Positions 1 through 6,686 of a stretch of 32,000 bases of DNA are shown in pieces. The stretch spans positions 4,620,001-4,652,000 of the forward strand of contig NZ_LN831039.1 in assembly GCF_001457595.1 (NCBI RefSeq), given 5' to 3'. Position 1 is the stretch's first letter; each line of letters opens with the position of its first letter. A program made the position numbers and the translations under genes. The notes under the pieces are model-generated. The model saw nothing but the letters and a program-made list of their open reading frames with translations, searched no databases and was not told the DNA's origin. The DNA comes from Mycolicibacterium smegmatis (GTDB lineage Bacteria; Actinomycetota; Actinomycetes; Mycobacteriales; Mycobacteriaceae).

Positions 1-452
1 CCGACGCCCCATTTGGTGTGCTGCAGGTGCAGGTCCACCGGGCTGGCCGGGCCGTACAGGGCCAGCATCACGAGGCTGGCCACGATGGTCGGAAGCGCGA
101 ACGGCAGATCGATCACCGAGTCGACGATGCGCTTGCCGGGGAACTCGTCACGGGTCAGCACCCACGCGACCAGCAGGCCGAACACCGCGTTCACGACCGT
201 CACGCCCGCGGAGATCGTCAGCGTGACCTGGAAGCTGTCGACCGCCGCGTTGGAGGTCACGGCGCGCCAGAACGCGTCCCAGCCACCACCGGCGGCCTGC
301 CAAAGGATCGCGGCCAGCGGCAGCAGCACGATCACGCTCAACCAGATCGACGCCGCGCCCACGCGCAGCGAGGTACTGCCGTAGCGTCCACGGGCCGCGC
401 GGGGAGCGGGTGCTCCCGGCGCGGCCGTCGACGCCTCGGCGGGTGCGGTCAT
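1..452 (-). CDS. cysT: Sulfate/thiosulfate ABC transporter permease CysT, N-terminal part (runs off the window start)
   Basis: The minus-strand frame is open from the ATG at 452-450 to position 1. It is absent from the ORF track because there is no in-window stop. My translation is MTAPAEAST...FPGKRIVDSVIDLPFALPTIVASLVMLALYGP. It is hydrophobic and carries the DLPFALPT permease loop typical of CysT/CysW. Its start overlaps the subI stop (ATGA at 449-452). Confidence 0.85.
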   Translation of the reverse strand, partial: MTAPAEASTAAPGAPAPRAARGRYGSTSLRVGAASIWLSVIVLLPLAAILWQAAGGGWDAFWRAVTSNAAVDSFQVTLTISAGVTVVNAVFGLLVAWVLTRDEFPGKRIVDSVIDLPFALPTIVASLVMLALYGPASPVDLHLQHTKWGV

Positions 453-1498
453 CCAGTGGCCTGCTTGTAGATCTTGGTGATGGTGCCGTTGTCCTTGTCG
501 AACAGCGACGGATCGACGGCGTCCCAGCCACCGAGGTCGTCGACCGTCCACAGCTTCTCCGGCGCCGGGAAGTCCGCGGCGAACTCGGCGGCGACCGCGG
601 GGTCGACGGGCCGGAAGCCGGCCTCGGCCCAGATCTTCTGGCCCTCGGGGGTGAACACGAAGTTCTTCAGCGCGTTGGCCGCCTCCGAGTGCGACGTGGT
701 GTTGACGACCGCGACCGGATTCTCGATCTTGAAGGTCTGCGGCGGGTTGACGTGCTCGACGGGCTTGCCCTGCCGCTCGACGTAGATCGCCTCGTTCTCG
801 TAGCTGATCAGCACGTCGCCCGTGCCCTGCAGGAACACGTCGGTGGCTTCACGGCCCGAGCCCGGGCGGGTCTTGACGTGCTCGGTGACCAGCTTGTTGA
901 CGAAGTCGATGCCCGCCTCGGGGTCCTGACCGCCGTTGCTCTTCGCGGCGTACGGCGCCAGCAGGTTCCACTTGGCCGAACCCGAGCTCAGCGGACTCGG
1001 GGTGACCACCTCGAGCCCCGGCTGCAACAGATCGTCCCAGTCCTTGATGCCCTTGGGGTTGCCCTGGCGCACGACGAGCGAAACCACCGAACCGAACGGG
1101 ATGCCCTTGGTGGCGCCGGCATTCCAGTCCTCGGCGACCTTGCCGGCCTTGACCAGACGGGTGATGTCGGGTTCGACCGAGAAGTTGACGATGTCGGCGG
1201 GCTTGCCGTCGACGACGGCGCGCGACTGGTCACCGGAGGCACCGAAGGACGTGCGCACCGCGACACCCTTGCCCTCATCGGTGGCGGTGAACGCGGGGAT
1301 GATCTTGCTCCAACCCGGCTCCGGCACGGCGTAGGCGACCAGCGTCAGCGTGGTCTCGGCGTTCGCGTCGGCACCGCCGTCGTCGCCTGCGACGTCACTC
1401 GCGCCGCCGCCGCAGCCGACGGCGAGGATGCCGGTGGCGGCGAGTGCTGTGGCGGTGCGCCAGAACTTGAACTTGGTGAGCTTCTCGGTGGTGGGCAC
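449..1498 (-). CDS. subI: Sulfate-binding lipoprotein SubI (ABC transporter substrate-binding protein)
   Basis: 349-aa ORF with a GTG start preceded by GAAAGG. It has a lipoprotein signal (..ATGILAVGCGGG) and the composition of a type-2 periplasmic sulfate/thiosulfate-binding protein. It is followed by cysT with translational coupling, matching the mycobacterial subI-cysTWA order. Confidence 0.9.
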   Translation of the reverse strand: MPTTEKLTKFKFWRTATALAATGILAVGCGGGASDVAGDDGGADANAETTLTLVAYAVPEPGWSKIIPAFTATDEGKGVAVRTSFGASGDQSRAVVDGKPADIVNFSVEPDITRLVKAGKVAEDWNAGATKGIPFGSVVSLVVRQGNPKGIKDWDDLLQPGLEVVTPSPLSSGSAKWNLLAPYAAKSNGGQDPEAGIDFVNKLVTEHVKTRPGSGREATDVFLQGTGDVLISYENEAIYVERQGKPVEHVNPPQTFKIENPVAVVNTTSHSEAANALKNFVFTPEGQKIWAEAGFRPVDPAVAAEFAADFPAPEKLWTVDDLGGWDAVDPSLFDKDNGTITKIYKQATG

Positions 1499-1754
1499 TG
1501 ATGACCTTTCCTTCGGGGCTGGGGACAGAGTTGAACCGTCACAGCGGAAGGCAATGGATCAGTTTGTCGGCAAATGATCAGCCACGACTGACCCCGAACC
1601 GCGGACGGTTGGGAATCAGCGACAACAGTGCGCGTCAGCGACGACGCAGAAGCCGGCAGCAGGAAGCACCACGACGTGGCTCCCCATCGCACCGGCGGAA
1701 TGCATGGCGCGAAGAATAACAGAGACGACGGTGAACGCCGCGCCGAGAGGGGTC

Positions 1755-1841
1755 TCAGCGCGTGAGAAACCACATGACGATGACCAGCAAAACCAGGATG
1801 ACCAGCACCAACGTCACCCGCGAGCGCGGCATGCCGGTCAT
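1755..1841 (-). CDS. Candidate 28-aa single-TM micropeptide (MTGMPRSRVTLVLVILVLLVIVMWFLTR)
   Basis: This is the C-terminal part of track ORF 1755..2003. Its ATG (1841-1839) overlaps the TGA (1840-1838) of the upstream 67-aa membrane ORF as ATGA. It has a positively charged N-terminus followed by one hydrophobic helix. No homology evidence is available. Confidence 0.35.
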   Translation of the reverse strand: MTGMPRSRVTLVLVILVLLVIVMWFLTR

Positions 1842-2041
1842 TCCGATCCCGCTTCCGCCGAATCGGCGCGGCGCAGCCTGCGCACGGCGTGAACGGCCTG
1901 CGCCAGCGCGCCGTCGAGCACCACGGCGATGCCGTACGCCAACGCCAGAACCACCGGCATCACGACCGCGGTCTGCGCCAAGAAGGGCAGTCCCGTCAGC
2001 CACAGCTCAACGCCGTCCCACCAATTCAGGAGCGCGCCCAT
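1838..2041 (-). CDS. Small (67 aa) membrane protein, conserved-hypothetical type (position equivalent to Rv2401/Rv2401A)
   Basis: This is the internal ATG (2041-2039) of the spurious 281-aa track ORF 1838..2683. The product is MGALLNWWDGVELWLTGLPFLAQTAVVMPVVLALAYGIAVVLDG..., with hydrophobic helices and a charged tail. It sits between subI and the GH15 gene, as in other mycobacteria (recalled synteny). Confidence 0.5.
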   Translation of the reverse strand: MGALLNWWDGVELWLTGLPFLAQTAVVMPVVLALAYGIAVVLDGALAQAVHAVRRLRRADSAEAGSE

Positions 2042-2146
2042 GACGCAAGCGTATGCGATGGCAAAACCTGTCCCGTCCCGCCAGTAACTTTCGACACGTC
2101 CATTCCGGGTAGACGCGGCGCATATCCGCAGTCGATGATGTGCTGC

Positions 2147-4153
2147 ATGGTTCTGCAACAGACCGAGCCCACCGACGGTGCGGACAGGAAGGCGAGCGAC
2201 GGCCCGCTCACCGTGACCGCGCCGGTGCCTTACGCCGCGGGCCCGACGCTGCGGAACCCGTTCCCGCCGATCGCCGACTACGGCTTTCTCTCCGACTGCG
2301 AGACCACGTGCCTGATCAGCTCGGCCGGGTCGGTCGAGTGGCTGTGCGTGCCACGGCCCGACTCCCCCAGCGTCTTCGGTGCCATCCTGGATCGCGGCGC
2401 GGGCCATTTCCGGCTCGGCCCGTACGGCGTGAGCGTGCCCGCTGCCCGGCGGTACCTGCCCGGCAGCCTCATCCTCGAGACCACGTGGCAGACGCACACC
2501 GGATGGCTGATCGTGCGCGACGCGTTGGTCATGGGGCCGTGGCACGACATCGACACCCGGTCGCGGACCCATCGCCGCACCCCCATGGACTGGGACGCCG
2601 AGCACATCCTGTTGCGCACCGTGCGGTGCGTGAGCGGAACCGTCGAACTGGTCATGAGCTGCGAACCGGCGTTCGACTACCACCGCGTCAGCGCGACGTG
2701 GGAGTACTCGGGCCCGGCGTACGGCGAGGCGATCGCGCGCGCGAGCCGCAATCCCGACTCACACCCGACGCTGCGTCTCACCACGAACCTGCGCATCGGC
2801 ATCGAGGGCCGCGAGGCCAGGGCCCGCACGCGCCTCACCGAGGGCGACAACGTGTTCGTCGCCCTGAGCTGGTCCAAGCATCCGGCACCTCAGACCTATG
2901 AAGAGGCCGCCGACAAGATGTGGAAGACCAGCGAGGCCTGGCGCCAGTGGATCAACGTTGGGGATTTCCCCGACCACCCGTGGCGGGCCTACCTGCAGCG
3001 CAGCGCGCTGACGCTCAAGGGGCTGACCTACTCCCCGACCGGCGCGCTGCTCGCTGCGCCGACCACGTCGCTGCCGGAAACCCCGCAGGGCGAACGGAAC
3101 TGGGATTACCGCTACTCGTGGATCCGGGACTCCACGTTCGCGTTGTGGGGCCTGTACACCCTCGGGCTGGACCGCGAGGCCGACGACTTCTTCTCGTTCA
3201 TCGCCGACGTGTCCGGCGCCAACAACGGCGAACGGCATCCGTTGCAGGTGATGTACGGCGTCGGCGGGGAACGCAGCCTCGTCGAGGAAGAGCTGCACCA
3301 CCTGTCGGGTTACGACAACTCGCGTCCCGTGCGCATCGGCAACGGTGCGTACAACCAACGCCAGCACGACATCTGGGGCACGATGCTGGACTCGGTGTAT
3401 CTGCACGCCAAGTCTCGCGAGCAGATTCCCGACGCGCTGTGGCCCGTGCTCAAGAATCAGGTCGAGGAGGCCATCAAGCACTGGAAGGAACCCGACCGCG
3501 GCATCTGGGAGGTGCGCGGCGAACCGCAGCACTTCACCTCCAGCAAGATCATGTGCTGGGTCGCGCTGGACCGCGGCTCCAAGCTCGCCGAGTTGCAGGG
3601 TGAGAAGAGCTACGCGCAGCAGTGGCGTGCGATCGCCGAGGAGATCAAGGCCGACGTGCTGGCCAGAGGCGTCGACAAGCGCGGCGTGCTGACCCAGCGC
3701 TACGGCGACGACGCGCTCGACGCCTCACTGCTGCTCGCGGTCCTCACCCGGTTCCTGCCCGCCGACGATCCGCGCATCCGCGCCACGGTGCTGGCCATCG
3801 CCGACGAACTCACCGAGGACGGTCTGGTGCTGCGCTACCGCGTCGAGGAGACCGACGACGGGCTCGCAGGCGAGGAGGGCACGTTCACGATCTGCTCGTT
3901 CTGGCTCGTGTCGGCGCTCGTGGAGATCGGCGAGATCAGCCGTGCCAAGCACCTGTGCGAGCGGTTGCTGTCGTTCGCGAGCCCGCTGCACCTGTACGCC
4001 GAGGAGATCGAGCCGAGGACCGGTAGGCATCTGGGCAACTTCCCGCAGGCCTTCACCCACCTGGCGTTGATCAATGCCGTCGTGCACGTCATCCGCGCCG
4101 AAGAGGAGGCCGACAGCTCGGGTGTGTTCGTCCCCGCGAACGCCCCGATGTGA
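2147..4153 (+). CDS. Glycoside hydrolase family 15 enzyme (mycobacterial trehalase / glucoamylase-like)
   Basis: The 754-aa track ORF was trimmed to the ATG at 2147 (MVLQQTEP...); ATGs at 2135 and 2138 are alternatives. The region upstream of 2147 overlaps the small membrane gene on the other strand. The GH15 catalytic-domain signature NWDYRYSWIRDSTFALWGL and the C-terminal (alpha/alpha)6-barrel region are present. The position equals Rv2402, whose M. smegmatis orthologue is a characterised trehalase (recalled). Confidence 0.88.
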   Translation: MVLQQTEPTDGADRKASDGPLTVTAPVPYAAGPTLRNPFPPIADYGFLSDCETTCLISSAGSVEWLCVPRPDSPSVFGAILDRGAGHFRLGPYGVSVPAARRYLPGSLILETTWQTHTGWLIVRDALVMGPWHDIDTRSRTHRRTPMDWDAEHILLRTVRCVSGTVELVMSCEPAFDYHRVSATWEYSGPAYGEAIARASRNPDSHPTLRLTTNLRIGIEGREARARTRLTEGDNVFVALSWSKHPAPQTYEEAADKMWKTSEAWRQWINVGDFPDHPWRAYLQRSALTLKGLTYSPTGALLAAPTTSLPETPQGERNWDYRYSWIRDSTFALWGLYTLGLDREADDFFSFIADVSGANNGERHPLQVMYGVGGERSLVEEELHHLSGYDNSRPVRIGNGAYNQRQHDIWGTMLDSVYLHAKSREQIPDALWPVLKNQVEEAIKHWKEPDRGIWEVRGEPQHFTSSKIMCWVALDRGSKLAELQGEKSYAQQWRAIAEEIKADVLARGVDKRGVLTQRYGDDALDASLLLAVLTRFLPADDPRIRATVLAIADELTEDGLVLRYRVEETDDGLAGEEGTFTICSFWLVSALVEIGEISRAKHLCERLLSFASPLHLYAEEIEPRTGRHLGNFPQAFTHLALINAVVHVIRAEEEADSSGVFVPANAPM

Positions 4154-4156
4154 CGC

Positions 4157-5434
4157 TCAGGCCGTGCGTCGTGCCTGCGCGCGCTCCCAGGTGACGTCGA
4201 ACCGCACCTCGTGCTGGGCGGGTACCGCGAGCACGACCGGGGTGAGGCTGCTGTTGGCCGCGTCGTGTGCGACGCCGGTGAGCACGCGGCCCCCGAATCC
4301 GTCGGTGCCTGCGGGTACGTGCACGGTGAGCGCCACGATGCCGGATCCGGTATCGGTGCGCAGGTAGAACTCGTCGTCTGGCGCCACCGGGCCCTCCATC
4401 GCAAAACCGTTGCGGTCCACCACATCTGCGTGATCCACCGTGATCGCGGCACGATCGGTTGCCTGCAATGTGAACGGCCCCACCAGATCGCCGTCGACGG
4501 CGGCCCGCTCGGCGATGACGGCCACCGGCACCGTGGCGCGCCGGGCCGCGTTCGCCCCCGCGACCAGATAGTTGTACAGATGTACCACCCGCTCGGGGTT
4601 CGCGAACGCCGCCGCACCGTTGAGCCAGAACGTGACATCACCGAGGTCCACCGTGGCGCCGCGGTCGGCCACGACGACCAACCGGTAGAAGCGGTAGCCG
4701 CGGCCGGTGCGGCCCGGCCGGGCCGACGACACCGTGGTGCCGACGCCGAGCGCGCGGCGGTGCCGTCCGCGTCCGGCCTCGAGGTTCAGCCCCGATGCCG
4801 CGACGTCCTCCCACTGCCGGCCGTCGGATGACTTCTGCAGCAGCAGCGACACCGCGGAATCGGACTCCAGTTCCACTGTGTAGCCGCCCAATTGGGGTTC
4901 GCCGTCGAACTCGAACACCAACCCGTCGGCAGTCCTGCGCCTCGCGACCGGCACGTTACGGGGGCGGTTGTCGAGTTCGAGTCCGTTGGTGAAGAACCAG
5001 ATGGCGGCCTGTGTCGCGGCGATGGCCTCGTGCTCGGCGAGATTTCCCGCGCCGAGTCCGATGCCTGCGGCGCGCACCCGCCGGCTCAACTCGACGGTGC
5101 CCAGCACGGGGTACGAGTTGCGCACGATCCAGTCGATCTCGGCCTCGAACGCGCGGGCCCGCAGGTTCGGCACCGCCGACCAGGCGCCCGCGCGGTAGCG
5201 CGACGGACGGGTCGGCGCGTGACCGGTGAAGTCCAGCGAGTACGCCTCGATGTTCGGGTTGAGGCGGATCAGGTCGGTTCTGGCGGTGGCACCGTCGGCG
5301 AACACGATCTTCTCGACGGTGTGCGAGTAGGTGCCGCCGCGATAGCGCGTCATGGGCGGAAGCTCGGCGAGACGCACGAGCGGACGCGGCCGGACGGATA
5401 CGGCAGAAGAGTGCAGAACAGACAGGGCAGACAT
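4157..5434 (-). CDS. TQXA / thioester-domain (TED)-like protein that lacks any cysteine and has no signal peptide or anchor
   Basis: 425-aa ORF. The TQxA(I/V)W motif is present as AIAATQAAIWFF (Gln142). The upstream motif that normally carries the thioester Cys (..AYC[IL]D..) reads EAYSLDF (Ser66, codon TCG at 5239-5237). There is no Cys anywhere in the protein. The central segment (~aa 170-265, ..GYRFYRLVVV..DVTFWL) looks like a discoidin/galactose-binding-like beta-sandwich. Confidence 0.75.
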   Translation of the reverse strand: MSALSVLHSSAVSVRPRPLVRLAELPPMTRYRGGTYSHTVEKIVFADGATARTDLIRLNPNIEAYSLDFTGHAPTRPSRYRAGAWSAVPNLRARAFEAEIDWIVRNSYPVLGTVELSRRVRAAGIGLGAGNLAEHEAIAATQAAIWFFTNGLELDNRPRNVPVARRRTADGLVFEFDGEPQLGGYTVELESDSAVSLLLQKSSDGRQWEDVAASGLNLEAGRGRHRRALGVGTTVSSARPGRTGRGYRFYRLVVVADRGATVDLGDVTFWLNGAAAFANPERVVHLYNYLVAGANAARRATVPVAVIAERAAVDGDLVGPFTLQATDRAAITVDHADVVDRNGFAMEGPVAPDDEFYLRTDTGSGIVALTVHVPAGTDGFGGRVLTGVAHDAANSSLTPVVLAVPAQHEVRFDVTWERAQARRTA

Positions 5435-5762
5435 GGGTGTTGACTTTCTGAAAGACCGGAAACGCGCAGGTCAACGCACCGCAAAGAAGGCGGGCGGACA
5501 ACGCAGGGAAAGCGTCAGAAAATCAACAACAACAACGCACGTCGAGGCAGCGCGCGATACCGAAGCGCAGCGAAGCGACGTGTTGCATGCGGCCCACCAT
5601 AGGGCAAGTCCGCCGGATCGGCCAGTCCCGGCCCTGATCACCGTCCGGGATCCGGTCAACATCACACATTGAAATCTGTCCGCGCACTAACGCTGTCCTA
5701 GGGCCGCGGCCGCCGTATTGTTTGCCACACGACCGCACTTCGACACCCGCCGGAGGAGCATC

Positions 5763-6686
5763 ATGACGTCCGCCCAGAACGAATCACAGGCCCTCGGCGA
5801 TCTCGCCGCACGGCAACTCGCGAACGCGACCAAGACAGTTCCCCAGCTGTCGACGATCACGCCACGATTCCTCTTGCACCTCCTCAGCTGGGTTCCTGTG
5901 GAGGCCGGCATCTACCGGGTGAACCGCGTGGTCAACCCCGACCGGGTGGCGATCCACTCCGAGGCGGGCGCGGGTACCGAGGAACCGCTGCCCGAGACCT
6001 ACGTCGACTACGAGACCCATCCGCGCGAGTACACGTTGCGGTCCATCTCGACGCTGCTCGACGTGCACACCCGGGTCTCGGACCTGTACTCCAGCCCGCA
6101 CGACCAGGTCACACAGCAGTTGCGGCTGACCATCGAGACCATCAAAGAGCGCCAGGAGTACGAACTGGTCAACAACCCCGAATACGGGTTGCTGGCGCAG
6201 GCGACGCCCGAGCAGACCATCCAGACCCTGGCCGGTGCTCCGACCCCCGACGATCTCGACGCGCTGATCACCAAGGTGTGGAAGACACCCGCGTTCTTCC
6301 TGACCCATCCGCTGGGCGTGGCCGCTTTCGGCCGGGAGTGCACCTACCGCGGCGTGCCGCCGCCAACCGTCAGCATGTACGGCGCCCAGTTCATCACGTG
6401 GCGCGGCATCCCGATCGTGCCGAGCGACAAGGTGCCCGTCGAGGACGGCAAGACCAAGTTCGTCCTCGTGCGCACCGGTGAGGAGCGCCAAGGCGTGGTC
6501 GGCCTGTTCCAGCCGGGACTGGTCGGTGAGCAGGCGCCGGGTCTGTCCGTGCGTTTCACCGGCATCAACCGTTCGGCGATCGCGTCGTACCTGGTGACGC
6601 TCTACACGTCGCTCGCGGTGCTCACCGACGACGCACTCGCCGTCCTCGACGGCGTCGCCGTGGACCAGTTCCATGAGTACCAGTGA
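5763..6686 (+). CDS. Family 2A encapsulin nanocompartment shell protein (MMP-I / 35-kDa antigen type)
   Basis: Track ORF 5718..6686 was trimmed to the ATG at 5763, which has a GGAGGAG Shine-Dalgarno 5 nt upstream. The 307-aa product has N-terminus MTSAQNESQALGDLAARQLANATKTVPQLSTITPRFLLHLLSWVPVEAGIYRVNRV, the hallmark N-arm of Family 2 encapsulins. From memory it is nearly identical to M. leprae major membrane protein I. It has no cNMP-binding insertion (hence 2A) and is immediately followed by a cysteine desulfurase with a disordered N-terminal domain. Confidence 0.9.
   Translation: MTSAQNESQALGDLAARQLANATKTVPQLSTITPRFLLHLLSWVPVEAGIYRVNRVVNPDRVAIHSEAGAGTEEPLPETYVDYETHPREYTLRSISTLLDVHTRVSDLYSSPHDQVTQQLRLTIETIKERQEYELVNNPEYGLLAQATPEQTIQTLAGAPTPDDLDALITKVWKTPAFFLTHPLGVAAFGRECTYRGVPPPTVSMYGAQFITWRGIPIVPSDKVPVEDGKTKFVLVRTGEERQGVVGLFQPGLVGEQAPGLSVRFTGINRSAIASYLVTLYTSLAVLTDDALAVLDGVAVDQFHEYQ

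Noticed and set aside
410-1501. Long alternate-strand or alternate-frame ORFs throughout the track, e.g. 410-1501(+), 1838-2683(-), 2759-3532(-), 3835-4641(-), 5784-6791(-), 7261-8049(-), 10102-10899(+), 12356-13633(+), 15925-16866(+), 18953-20032(+), 21202-22365(+), 23646-24344(+), 25598-26425(+), 30263-31504(+).
   Set aside because: Each fully overlaps an ORF on the other strand or frame that has clear family motifs. Their translations are Arg/Gly/Asp/His/Pro-rich low-information sequence, as expected from GC-skewed codon positions. None has a recognisable domain.
1499-1754. The ~250-nt leader upstream of subI, considered as a possible sulfur- or SAM-responsive riboswitch.
   Set aside because: I could not recognise any known riboswitch core (the SAM-IV, SAM-I and SAM-II motifs are absent) or a convincing conserved structure by eye. 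It needs a covariance-model scan before any claim.
1889-2146. N-terminal 86-codon extension of the GH15 ORF (track start at 1889).
   Set aside because: The extension overlaps the small membrane gene on the opposite strand and has no GH15 similarity. The conserved N-terminus begins after the ATG cluster at 2135-2149.
5524-5535. (CAA)4 trinucleotide tract as a phase-variation switch.
   Set aside because: Four units is too short for appreciable slippage. The tract is intergenic, with no defined promoter spacing dependence. It is retained only as a landmark of the AT-rich control region.
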